Made by a program: the position numbers and the translations under genes
Shown here: positions 48,436 through 58,208 of the stretch, one piece after another
Position numbering within the stretch: the stretch's first letter is position 1
How the letters are laid out: each line of letters starts with the position of its first letter
NCBI GenBank assembly: GCA_047947115.1
Contig: CP170459.1
Coordinates: 1,152,001 to 1,216,000, forward strand
Reading direction: 5' to 3'
From: Verrucomicrobiota bacterium
Lineage (GTDB): Bacteria > Verrucomicrobiota > Verrucomicrobiia > Limisphaerales > AAA164-E04
DNA: 64,000 nucleotides
Notes under the pieces: generated by a model
What the model was told of the DNA's origin: nothing
Databases searched by the model: none
Seen by the model: the letters and a program-made list of their open reading frames with translations, nothing else

Positions 48436-51400
48436 TTACCGTTTCATATAAGCTTCATCGAAGTTCATGATGGTGCTCATCACCTGAGTCAGGGCGGCGG
48501 TTTGTGCTTTGTTCAACGTCGGGTCCAGTGGATATTCTCCGACGCTCAAAAAGGATTCTGTGGATTCAGGATCCTTGGTGTATTTCTTCAAAGCCAATTC
48601 ATACAGAGAAGTCAGGAGTTCTGTTTCGCTTCCGTCCGGATGCCTTCCACAAAGTAATCGGAATCCCTGACGCAGCCAATCTACGAGACCGTTGCTTGTT
48701 TCCTTCTGCAAACGCTGAGCCAACACACGAGCTGATTCCAGAAACTCGGGATCATTGAGCAGGACCAGGGACTGCAGGGGTGTGTTTGTTTTCTCCCGCT
48801 TTACGGTGCAGACTGATCGGTTGGGTGCGTCGAATGCGATCATGGCAGGGTGGGGCGTTGTTCTGCGCACATAGGTATACATGCTCCTTCGATATAGATT
48901 GGCACCTTTATCAGGCTTATAAGCGCTGCCCGGGCCTGTTTTTTCCACCCATAATCCCGCGGGTTGGTATGGTTTGACGCTGGGGCCACCGACCTTGTGC
49001 GTTAAAAGTCCGCTGGCGGCGAGCGCGTTGTCACGGATCATTTCTGCGGGAAGTCGATGGTAGGGGCCGCGCGCCAGATAGATGTTCGCGGTGTCGGTTT
49101 CCACATGCTCAGGTGTGCTGACAGTGGATTGCCGATAGGTCGCCGAAGTGACCATGGTTCGGATCAACCAACGGACATCCCATCCTGATTCAATGAAAGA
49201 TACCGCCAACCAATCCAACAATTCGGGATGCGTCGGTGGTGCGCCTTGTGTACCGAAGTCTTGAGGTGTGTCCACGATGCCTCGCCCAAAGAGCATCTGC
49301 CAATAACGATTCACCGTGACCCGTGCGGTGAGCGGGTGTTGCGGATCGGTCAACCACTGGGCCAGGTCCAAACGATTTGGCAATGCGTCAGTGTTCAATG
49401 AAAGAATTTGACTGGGTACGCCTGGTTGAACTTCCTCGGTTGGAGAGTCGTATTGACCGCGATTGAGCACATAGGTCTTTCGGATCCTTTCCATTTCACC
49501 CAGGACCATGATCTCGGGCACGTCCTTGAGCAGTTCCAATTTGCGTCCCACCATGGATTGGATTGAGTCACTTGCTTCGCGCATCGCGACGCTTTCGCGT
49601 TGCAGAAAATGATCAATGAAATAGGTCGGCGGTTTGTTTGATTCATCGGGGGTGCTTCCGGTGAGCGATGCATACAAAGCAGCGATCTCGCGTTCAGTTA
49701 CATATTGCTTGAACAAGGTGACGTGGTCGATGCTGCCCAGGAACACACCATTGTCTCCCGTGTAAAAACGACCACTGCGACCCACGATGACCGGCTTCTG
49801 TGGCCAGCCTTCTTGTTTCCCCCAGCCATGCACGATGCTGTGGTAGAGGTTGTCGTAGCCGATGGAACACGCAACATTTTCACCATTGATAAACAAGCGA
49901 ACCCCGTTTGCGTTACCTAACCCGTCGTAGGCAAACATCACATGATGCCATTCATTTTTTGGAAGAGTTGCCAGCGTGGTGACCTGTAAATAATTTTGCG
50001 GCCAATAACCGGTTAATCTCAAGGACAGTCGACTTTCCCCGTCCAGGAAGAAATCCCATCCTTTCCACGCACTGCCGAGTTCGCCGGAGATGCCCATGAT
50101 GGATTGGTTTTCTCCATCCTTCTCGGAACGTATCCAGGCACCTGCCGAGAAGGGTTCGTTCACTTCGAATGTTCCGTCTTCGCGGAGAAACACCAGATCA
50201 TATTCCTTGTCAAAACGTAGAGCATTTCCCATCGGACCGTCCACCAGCTCCGGCTCTCCTGAGGCAACGGATTTCGGATTGTCGTCCACCATCTTGTCGA
50301 TGGGCGTGTTGCGCACCACACGATGAATGGTGCCTTTGACCGGGATTTTTTCCGGTCGGATGGCATCAAACGGAAACTCGGCATCCGGTATGGGGACGTC
50401 GACCGGGATGGCTTTGGCTTTCTCAAGCATGGTTGCATCCGTCAACGCTTCCTTACGAATGGATTCAAGTTGCCCGCGTGCCTGTTCCAATTCGTTCAAC
50501 AACTTATCCACGTTATTTTTAACTCGAGGTTCCGGAAGCAGCAGCACCGGGCCAGACGATGTTCCACCTTCCGCGACCATGCCAAGTTCCCGCTGGTTAT
50601 TGAAGAAAGCAAACAGCTGATAATATTCCTTCTGTGAGATGGGATCGAACTTGTGTTCGTGGCAACTGGCACATTCCAAAGTCAAACCCAGGAAAGCCGT
50701 TCCAACCGTGTTGACCCGATCCTGAACATACTTGACCCGAAACTCCTCGTCGATGATTCCGCCCTCAGCTGAAACCGGATGATTTCGATTGAAAGCGGTC
50801 GCCAGGATCTGTTCACGCGTGGCGTCGGGCAGGAGATCGCCTGCCAATTGCCAGGTGATGAAATCATCATAAGGCATATTGTTGCGAAACGCATCAATCA
50901 CCCAATCCCGCCATGGCCAGTGGTATCGTTGTGTATCTCCGTGCATTCCCTGAGTATCGGCGTAACGTGCGACATCCAGCCATTCCATGGCCATGCGTTC
51001 GGCGTGTGTTTCGGAGTTCAACAAACGATCCACCTCCCGTTCATATGCCATGGGTGAATCGTCTGCAAGGAAAGCGTCGAGTTCCTCCGGACTGGGTGGT
51101 AAACCGGTCAGATCGAAACTTAATCGACGCAGTAAATATGTCTTTGACGCCTCTGGAGAAGGACGTAAACCATGCTCACTCAGCTGGCTTAAAATAAAAG
51201 CATCGACGGGATGTGCCACGGTTTGTCCGTCACTCAATATGGCATTGGCTTGCTTGAATGGAACCGAAGGTTTGACCGGAGGAATGAATGCCCAGTGCTC
51301 GTTCCACTGCGCCCCACCTTCGAGCCAACGCCGAATTCTCTCCTTTTCCAGTGGCGACAAGGTCAACTTGGAATCCGGAGGAGGCATCAGATCATCCGCA

Positions 51401-51711
51401 TCCTCAGTCACCATCCGCAACCATGCGACGCTACGCTCCAGGTCCCCCGGAACAAAAGCAAATCCGTCTGTCTCTTCCAACGTTCCGAAAGCTCCGTCCT
51501 TCCGATCCAGACGCAACCCCGCCTTGCGAGCTGCTGCGTCCGGTCCATGACACGGAAAGCAACGATCGGAAAGAATGGGAAGAATGTGGGTATTGTAATC
51601 AACGGGTCCCTCCGCCTGCGCGATGGTTAATACGGTCAACCAAACCGCTGCCACTCCAGTCCTAAGGCCCATTGTTCTGCAAAACTTCATGATCGGGATT
51701 TTATGAGTCAA
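48436..51711 (-). CDS. PSD1/planctomycete cytochrome c protein (DUF1549/DUF1553) with LamG-like insert
   Basis: CFPCH, CASCH, WLDVARYADT, HPLTARVTVNRYW, PTHPELLDWLA, TNTPLQSL. Start uncertain (51672-51711). Confidence 0.92.
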   Translation of the reverse strand: MTHKIPIMKFCRTMGLRTGVAAVWLTVLTIAQAEGPVDYNTHILPILSDRCFPCHGPDAAARKAGLRLDRKDGAFGTLEETDGFAFVPGDLERSVAWLRMVTEDADDLMPPPDSKLTLSPLEKERIRRWLEGGAQWNEHWAFIPPVKPSVPFKQANAILSDGQTVAHPVDAFILSQLSEHGLRPSPEASKTYLLRRLSFDLTGLPPSPEELDAFLADDSPMAYEREVDRLLNSETHAERMAMEWLDVARYADTQGMHGDTQRYHWPWRDWVIDAFRNNMPYDDFITWQLAGDLLPDATREQILATAFNRNHPVSAEGGIIDEEFRVKYVQDRVNTVGTAFLGLTLECASCHEHKFDPISQKEYYQLFAFFNNQRELGMVAEGGTSSGPVLLLPEPRVKNNVDKLLNELEQARGQLESIRKEALTDATMLEKAKAIPVDVPIPDAEFPFDAIRPEKIPVKGTIHRVVRNTPIDKMVDDNPKSVASGEPELVDGPMGNALRFDKEYDLVFLREDGTFEVNEPFSAGAWIRSEKDGENQSIMGISGELGSAWKGWDFFLDGESRLSLRLTGYWPQNYLQVTTLATLPKNEWHHVMFAYDGLGNANGVRLFINGENVACSIGYDNLYHSIVHGWGKQEGWPQKPVIVGRSGRFYTGDNGVFLGSIDHVTLFKQYVTEREIAALYASLTGSTPDESNKPPTYFIDHFLQRESVAMREASDSIQSMVGRKLELLKDVPEIMVLGEMERIRKTYVLNRGQYDSPTEEVQPGVPSQILSLNTDALPNRLDLAQWLTDPQHPLTARVTVNRYWQMLFGRGIVDTPQDFGTQGAPPTHPELLDWLAVSFIESGWDVRWLIRTMVTSATYRQSTVSTPEHVETDTANIYLARGPYHRLPAEMIRDNALAASGLLTHKVGGPSVKPYQPAGLWVEKTGPGSAYKPDKGANLYRRSMYTYVRRTTPHPAMIAFDAPNRSVCTVKREKTNTPLQSLVLLNDPEFLESARVLAQRLQKETSNGLVDWLRQGFRLLCGRHPDGSETELLTSLYELALKKYTKDPESTESFLSVGEYPLDPTLNKAQTAALTQVMSTIMNFDEAYMKR

Positions 51712-52023
51712 ATTCTAACGCAAAACCTTGGGTCTGTCCATCAGGCGATTGACTTCGATCAACTCCAGGAAATGTTTGTTTAACCCATAAATTATGGAAT
51801 GCGGTGACTTGGCACCGTTTTGGATCTGATCCGCATCCTCGGGAAATATGCTATATCACGGATGGTTACTTGTACCCTGATGCACTGCTCGGGCACATGG
51901 TGATGGTTTTGGTGTTTAGGGTGAGAGTGAGGTGCGGGAAGGAGGATGCGGCGACGTTCCCCTGACGTATCCAAAGTTCTGTCGATCCGGAGTATTCTAA
52001 AAAATGCTGTATTTTTTCTTGCA

Positions 52024-52052
52024 TAGGTGTATTATGGGTCGTAATACACCTA
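52024..52052. promoter_or_regulatory. YtrA-type GntR operator
   Basis: Perfect 11-bp inverted repeat TAGGTGTATTA-N7-TAATACACCTA ending 12 bp before the regulator's start. Confidence 0.8.
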
Positions 52053-52064
52053 GCACACAAAGCG

Positions 52065-52439
52065 ATGTTGCCTTTTGAGATCCAGTTGAAACATGGGACG
52101 CCTGTTTACGAGCAGGTGCTCTACGCGTCGAAGAAGGCGATAGTGTCCGGTCAGTTGAAGCCGGGGGAAGCTTTTCCTTCGGTGCGAGCGATCTCGAAGG
52201 AACTGAAGGTCAACCCAAACACCGTGCAGAAAGCGGTCACCATTTTGAAACAGGAGGGATTCCTGGAAGTCCAGCCCGGCATCGGAACCATCGTGGCCAA
52301 GTCGGCTCGATTGAATCCCGAGCAACGTGAAAGCCTGCTGGAAGGGGAACTCGAAGGGCTGGCGTTGAAGGCCAAGGAACTGTCTCTCTCGCTCGACGAA
52401 GTGATCAAGGCGCTCCGCAAACATTGGAAGGAATTGTAA
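52065..52439 (+). CDS. GntR family regulator (YtrA subfamily)
   Basis: PVYEQ...GQLKPGEAFPSVRAIS..LKVNPNTVQKA; short C-terminus; precedes an ABC ATPase. Confidence 0.93.
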   Translation: MLPFEIQLKHGTPVYEQVLYASKKAIVSGQLKPGEAFPSVRAISKELKVNPNTVQKAVTILKQEGFLEVQPGIGTIVAKSARLNPEQRESLLEGELEGLALKAKELSLSLDEVIKALRKHWKEL

Positions 52440-52441
52440 TC

Positions 52442-53368
52442 ATGTCCGACAACTCACCTGTAATTGAAACGCACCAATTGACCCGACGTTTCCGGCGATT
52501 GGACGCAGTCCATGAACTGGACCTGACGGTTCGCCAAGGCTCGATCCACGCCTTTCTCGGACCGAACGGTGCGGGTAAAACCACGACGATACGGATGTTG
52601 CTCAACATCCTGCGGCCGAATTCCGGAGAAGCAAGCATCCTGGGAGTTTCGAGTAAAAAACTAGGGCGACGTGACTTCGAAAAGATTGGGTACGTTTCCG
52701 AGAACCAACAGCTTCCCGTATGGATGACCGTGTCCCAACTGATGAATTACCTGCGTCCTCTGTATCCAACATGGGACAGCGATTTTGAGCAAAAACTCTT
52801 ACACGACTTCGAACTGCCAGCTGAGCAAAAACTCAAGCATCTCTCACGCGGCATGCGCATGAAAGCGGCCCTGGTGGGAGCGCTGGCATTTCGTCCGCGA
52901 TTGTTGGTGCTGGACGAACCGTTCGCCGGATTGGATCCGCTGGTGCGTGAGGAGTTTTTGGAAGGTTTGATCGAACTCACTGAGCAGGAGCAGTGGACCA
53001 TATTCATATCCTCCCACGACATCGACGAAGTGGAACGATTGGCCGACGAAGTTTCGTTGATCAATCATGGACGCCTGATGTTGTCCGAATCCGTGGAGAG
53101 TTTGCTGAACCGGTTTCGTCGCATTTCGTTCACCCGATCCATAGAAAACGGTTCCATTGACGATGCATCTCAAGATTGGATGAACCTGCAACAAAGTGGC
53201 AATCGAGTTAGTTTTGTGGAATCCAAATTCGATCCAAACGAAACCGAGGCCAACATCCGTAAACAATGTGGGGCCACCCAGGACATCACCATTGATAAAC
53301 TCACCCTCAAGGAAATCTATCTGACCCTGGCGCGCCACCTCAAAAACCTGCAACCATCAACCCATTGA
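52442..53368 (+). CDS. ABC transporter ATP-binding protein (YtrB-like)
   Basis: GPNGAGKTT, LSRGM, LDEPFAGLD, SSH. Confidence 0.93.
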   Translation: MSDNSPVIETHQLTRRFRRLDAVHELDLTVRQGSIHAFLGPNGAGKTTTIRMLLNILRPNSGEASILGVSSKKLGRRDFEKIGYVSENQQLPVWMTVSQLMNYLRPLYPTWDSDFEQKLLHDFELPAEQKLKHLSRGMRMKAALVGALAFRPRLLVLDEPFAGLDPLVREEFLEGLIELTEQEQWTIFISSHDIDEVERLADEVSLINHGRLMLSESVESLLNRFRRISFTRSIENGSIDDASQDWMNLQQSGNRVSFVESKFDPNETEANIRKQCGATQDITIDKLTLKEIYLTLARHLKNLQPSTH

Positions 53369-53374
53369 TGCATC

Positions 53375-54066
53375 ATGCACGCACTTAATTTCATCTGGCA
53401 TCAATTCCTGGCCGATACACGACGGCATCGATGGTTTATTTTTGGGTATGGAGGTATTGTGGCGGTGTTTGCCTGGATCAATGGGACATCCATGTATGAA
53501 CACTCGTTTGATGTGATGGGCAATTCGTGGATAAAAGATATACAATTGTTTCATCTGCTTATCACTCTTTTTCCCGCCGGATTGATGGTTCCGTTTTTAG
53601 TATTTGCGGACCCGGTGGATGCCCCGGATGCCTTTTGGCTGACGAAACCTAGCAGCGGAATCTGCATGGCAGGTGGCAAATTATTTTGGGTTTTGGTTTG
53701 GTTGATTGGTATGCCCTTCCTGGGAGAATGTCTTGCCATAACCGTGCTAGGAGGATGGGATAACTTACCTTATATCGCATTCGACTTTATTGGTTTGAGG
53801 GCGATGGTTTTTTTGATGGTATTTGCTCTGGCTTCCTTGACGAATCAACCATCCTATTTTGTGATCGGATTGATTGTATCGGTTTTGTTTACAGGTATTT
53901 CAATAGGTTTTGCTCACGGATTTTTTGATGCCAGTCGATTGCCCAACCACGCTCAAGTAGCGCTTACTAACGCGATTGGAGGGTTGATGATCATAGGCTC
54001 ACTTGGGGTGAGTGTGGTGCAGTACCAATGGAAGAAAACGTTGTTCCTGGGTATCCCGCTCTCTAT
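53375..54066 (+). pseudogene. ABC permease-like membrane protein truncated by IS
   Basis: Multiple TM helices, AFWLTKP. The last ~20 codons of ORF 53375..54130 lie inside the IS end. Confidence 0.7.
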
Positions 54067-55549
54067 CAGCCCGTTAAAAAAGTCACAATTCTTCACGAAA
54101 AGAATCGTGATTGATCACATGATCAAGTAAAGTCTTTGCCATGGCACTTGGCAAACGGAAAACGAAACAGCAAGAACTGTTCATTGCCTCCAATCAGATT
54201 CCCAAAACGCCGGCTCATCCGTTTTACTCCAAACTCAATCAGGTTTTCGATGAGTGCGGATTTGATGCTTATGTTGAAGAGTTGTGCGCCCCGTTTTACA
54301 AGAATTTTGGTCGGCCAGGTATTGCGCCCGGAATTTATTTCCGAATGATTTTCATCGGATATTTTGAAGGGCTCAACAGTCAACGAGGTATCGCATGGAG
54401 ATGTCATGACAGCCTTTGCCTGCGTGAATTTCTCGGTATCAGTTTGACGGAGAAAACTCCTGTTCACGCATCGATGACAATTATCCGTCAACGCTTGTCC
54501 GATGATGTGTTTCACAAGGTTTTCCTTTTTGTCCTTGAACAACTCAATGAGAAAAAGCTTTTGAAGGGAAAAACTCTTGGTGTTGATGCCACCACCCTGG
54601 AAGCCAATGCAGCCATGCGTAGCATCGTGCGCAAAGGCACGGGTGAGGATTGGAAAGAATACCTTCGTGAACTGGCCAAAGAAGAAGGTATTGAAAATCC
54701 GAGTGATGAAGATATTCAGCGCATCGACCGAGGGCGTAAGGGGAAGAAAGTTTCCAACAAAGAATGGCAAAGCAAGTCAGATCCGGACAGCCGCATTACC
54801 AAGATGAAAGATGGGCGCACACATCTTGCATATAAGGCTGAACATTCGGTGGACTTGGAAACCGAGGCAATTGTTTCTTGTCATGTCACACATGCAGATC
54901 AAGGCGATACAACCACGGGGCCTGAGAGCCTCATCTTGGCTGAAGCCAATCTACAATTAATCGAATCAGAAAGGACCGTTGAAGAGGCGGTGATGGACAA
55001 GGGATATCACAGCAACGCATTGTTGGAACGGCTCACGCAGTGGGGTATCCGCACATACATTCCAGAGAAGAAGCAAAAGAAGCGTAAGTGGGTGGACAAA
55101 CCGGAATCCTACGAACACGCATTCCGCGGTAATCGACGAAGAGTTCGGAGTGACAAGGGTAAGCGACTAAGTCGAAAACGAAGCGAACTTGTAGAGGGAA
55201 CATTTGCTCATGTGTGCGAAACAGGAGCTGGACGTCGAACCTGGCTCCAGGGAATGGAAAATGTCACCAAGATTCACACACTGAAGTGCGCAGCATTCAA
55301 CCTCGGATTGCTGATGCGTAAAATCTTTGGCCTCGCCAAGCCAAGAAACTGGGAAGCGAGCCTCGCTACCGCTTTGGCGGCTGCTTTTGTCATAATTTTT
55401 GGCAAATGGATGACTCAGGGGGCGATAAATATGGCTCCCGCCGTCCTTTTACTGATTTCCACCATTTTATTATGCAGCTTGATGAAATCGAAGCGGGACG
55501 AGATTCGGATTATTCGGTTTTTCAAAACAGGCACTTATTAAACGGGCTG
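54067..55549 (+). mobile_element. IS1182-family insertion sequence
   Basis: Imperfect terminal IRs CAGCCCGTTAAAAAAGT / ACTTATTAAACGGGCTG enclose one transposase; no clear target duplication. Confidence 0.85.
54141..55541 (+). CDS. IS1182-family DDE transposase
   Basis: GRPGIAP, VDATTLEANA, DPDSR, DKGYH, RSELVEGTFA. Confidence 0.9.
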   Translation: MALGKRKTKQQELFIASNQIPKTPAHPFYSKLNQVFDECGFDAYVEELCAPFYKNFGRPGIAPGIYFRMIFIGYFEGLNSQRGIAWRCHDSLCLREFLGISLTEKTPVHASMTIIRQRLSDDVFHKVFLFVLEQLNEKKLLKGKTLGVDATTLEANAAMRSIVRKGTGEDWKEYLRELAKEEGIENPSDEDIQRIDRGRKGKKVSNKEWQSKSDPDSRITKMKDGRTHLAYKAEHSVDLETEAIVSCHVTHADQGDTTTGPESLILAEANLQLIESERTVEEAVMDKGYHSNALLERLTQWGIRTYIPEKKQKKRKWVDKPESYEHAFRGNRRRVRSDKGKRLSRKRSELVEGTFAHVCETGAGRRTWLQGMENVTKIHTLKCAAFNLGLLMRKIFGLAKPRNWEASLATALAAAFVIIFGKWMTQGAINMAPAVLLLISTILLCSLMKSKRDEIRIIRFFKTGTY

Positions 55550-55565
55550 TTAGAGATTCGCGGAA

Positions 55566-55919
55566 TCAATAACTTGTTTCTTGTTCCAATTTGATTCTGA
55601 GTGAGAGCTTCTTCCTTAGCCTTTGTAGTCGTGATTCTGAGATTTGTCCTAATTTTCCCAAGACAATTGACTTTGGAATGGTAGCTATCATTCCAAGCCT
55701 TATCAACGAGGCAACTTTCAGTCCGCTATGTACATAATCATCATCTTCGGGAGCGATCATTTCATCAAAACCAGGGCATTCATGCCTGAGTTTGGAACTG
55801 ATCGCACAAACCAGTAGGTCAGAAAAAGGTGGCATGGTGTTCAGGACTATTGTCGGCCGTGCTTTAAGCCGTCCATTGGCTTGCTGTATTTTTGCTAAAA
55901 TGACCGATCCTGATTTCAT
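55566..55919 (-). CDS. PemK/MazF-family toxin
   Basis: GRLKARPTIVL...VCAISS...SGLKVASLIRL. Confidence 0.85.
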   Translation of the reverse strand: MKSGSVILAKIQQANGRLKARPTIVLNTMPPFSDLLVCAISSKLRHECPGFDEMIAPEDDDYVHSGLKVASLIRLGMIATIPKSIVLGKLGQISESRLQRLRKKLSLRIKLEQETSY

Positions 55920-56128
55920 GTTTTGATGTCAGATTCGGAATACTCGACTTCATCATCATCGTACGCTGAACCCAACGCATTTTCTGATAGCATAAGGAAA
56001 TCTCGGCGTTCCTCATCGGCGTCACCCAATACCGTTACAATCAAGCGGGCATTCACAGGGAGAGATACATTCTCGTCCAGTTGAACCTGCTTACCGTCAA
56101 AGTGTGCTGGGATGCTTACCAATGGCAT
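55916..56128 (-). CDS. Putative antitoxin of the MazF-like toxin
   Basis: Small protein with acidic tail (AYDDDEVEYSESDIK); ATGA overlap with the toxin. Confidence 0.75.
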   Translation of the reverse strand: MPLVSIPAHFDGKQVQLDENVSLPVNARLIVTVLGDADEERRDFLMLSENALGSAYDDDEVEYSESDIKT

Positions 56129-56238
56129 AACCACACTCTATCTACGATCATCCAGTGGTCAATCTAGGAATTGCAGGAGCTGCAACTGTGACCCCCCTCA
56201 CGAAACTTCACAAAGGTAGACTTCACGTAAGATCAAGT

Positions 56239-56447
56239 TGGAGTGCGGTGAGCATCACTGCTCTGGATACTGTCCAAATGTAAGGGGAGCTTCCTTTGAA
56301 CTGGGTTGATACACCTTCATCCCGACCCTGTTCAAAGGTTTGCAGCCATGGTTTAATCGGGCGTTGAACATGGGGGAAATATGAGGTTTGGAATGCCAGG
56401 ACGTTTCCGTGGCATATCCAAAGCTCCGTCGAGCCCGGAGCACTCCA
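56239..56447. repeat. Inverted doublet of TGGA-type REP-like palindromes
   Basis: TGGAGTGCGGTGAGCATCACTGCTCTGGA ... TCCAAAGCTCCGTCGAGCCCGGAGCACTCCA; a similar degenerate doublet lies at 51795-51999. Confidence 0.7.
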
Positions 56448-56534
56448 AAATGGCGCTATGGAATTAGGTGTGCAGTACCCGCTTGGGATGCACTTCGCAT
56501 TCACGAGATACTTTCTTTACTCTGAGGTTGATCT

Positions 56535-58142
56535 TTACTCAACCTTCACCAATTTCAACGAGTCGCGATCAAACCAGACGATGCCTTGCATGCATCTGAG
56601 TTCGCAGGAGAGTTCGATTTCTTCGACGGGGCGGTGGATACGGAATTCGGTGGATATGTCGGTCCATCCGTGCGATCCGGTAAGCGGTTTGTTTGCTCCA
56701 TATTGCGATACCCGGATGCGGACCCCGCTGGCGCGGTCGGCTGGGATGGGAACGACACGTTCATAACGAACACTTGCCTCAAATCGATAGGTGCCGTGTG
56801 TGAGCAACTGGGTGGAATGCCAGCGACCAAGGTTTCTTTGACCGTCGCTTTTGACCTCCAGCACCTGTCGGTCGTCCTTGTTTGCCTCATCAAACTCCAT
56901 GCCCTGCATGTATTGATGTGACTCCCATTCCTGAATTTGAACCACTCCCGATTCCGGAAATTTTAGCGCCCGATCCGGCGCCGACAGTTCTTCTGAAAGA
57001 TATCCCCCACGTATGCGAATGCTGTCCTGTAGTTGTGAGACGGCTCTTTGATGATAGGAAAAGCCACGTTCACTTCGCTTTTCCAGTTCAGGCGCAATGA
57101 CGGCTTCCAGTTCATTGATGCGCTTGATCAGGCGTTCGGGTTGAAACACCGTCCCATACAATTTGCGCATGCGCTCAAAATATTGGTAGGGGATTTCCGG
57201 AACTTGAAACAAGGACATGGCGACCACTCCCCGGATGCGTGGATAGATGGATGCATAGGGATCCTCGAACATCTGATCCATTCCATGCGGGATGAACTGG
57301 AATTTGCCGGTGTCAAGATTGTGATAGAGTCTGTAATTGTTGTGCTTCATCGCGTAGCCATCCCAGTTCCAGGTGAACACATCCAGTGCGACATGAGTGA
57401 GAAACATCTCCACATCCAGATGCTCCTTAATCTTCTCCAGCCGTTTGACCAAATCCTTTTCGTAAAGAGCGTCTTCCAACGCCTGCTTGGCATCATGATT
57501 GAGCGGATCAGCACCCGCATTGACGCTCAGGTCGGTGAAGATGTCCTTCAGAAACCCTCCGTCGTAAAGGTTGCCATCGATGTTGTCGAAGTGACGGCGC
57601 AGCCATTTTTTGTTGAAACCTTCCACCATCACGTAGAGCCCCAGATCGCGACCATTTAGTTCCACGGTGGCGTGAGTGGCACGTGGGGTTGGGATGCCTG
57701 CGCGATTGAATAATTCGCGACAGATGATTTCATTGCAGAAGGTGTCGTCCTGCCTGGAATTGTTCAGGTAAAATTTGTCGTATCCCCGGAAATCCTGATC
57801 ATTGATGTGTGTATCCAGATTGATTGTAAAAGCCGGTTTGGCATAGATGGGCTGGAAACTCCCCGCTGCTCCCTTGAGTTTGATGGACACCTCTTTAAAG
57901 GTTTCCCCGTTGATCGTTACGGTTGCTTTGGTTTTGGGGCGATGGACGGGGCCCGCGCCACCTCCGCGCCATCTGCCCCGCACGGAAGAAGATTCTCCCA
58001 ATACCTCAATACCTTCCTGAGGTACGTCGATTTTGATTTTAAAGACCTGATCAAAATCAAACGGATCCGGCACCGCTGCACGCAAAACCAAAGAAGTCTG
58101 CAACAGCCAAAAAGCAATGAACAAATAAACCGGAACTCTCAT
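56535..58142 (-). CDS. CotH kinase family secreted protein
   Basis: Signal peptide; KLKGAAGSF, GLYVMVE, NWDGY..NNY, FIPHGMD; RBS-like GAGGTG upstream of ATG 58142. Confidence 0.9.
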   Translation of the reverse strand: MRVPVYLFIAFWLLQTSLVLRAAVPDPFDFDQVFKIKIDVPQEGIEVLGESSSVRGRWRGGGAGPVHRPKTKATVTINGETFKEVSIKLKGAAGSFQPIYAKPAFTINLDTHINDQDFRGYDKFYLNNSRQDDTFCNEIICRELFNRAGIPTPRATHATVELNGRDLGLYVMVEGFNKKWLRRHFDNIDGNLYDGGFLKDIFTDLSVNAGADPLNHDAKQALEDALYEKDLVKRLEKIKEHLDVEMFLTHVALDVFTWNWDGYAMKHNNYRLYHNLDTGKFQFIPHGMDQMFEDPYASIYPRIRGVVAMSLFQVPEIPYQYFERMRKLYGTVFQPERLIKRINELEAVIAPELEKRSERGFSYHQRAVSQLQDSIRIRGGYLSEELSAPDRALKFPESGVVQIQEWESHQYMQGMEFDEANKDDRQVLEVKSDGQRNLGRWHSTQLLTHGTYRFEASVRYERVVPIPADRASGVRIRVSQYGANKPLTGSHGWTDISTEFRIHRPVEEIELSCELRCMQGIVWFDRDSLKLVKVE

Positions 58143-58208
58143 GACAACACCTCTACCCCACCACAACGAAAACCACAACGGGATTTTTAGACAGCCACCG
58201 CAGTTGCG

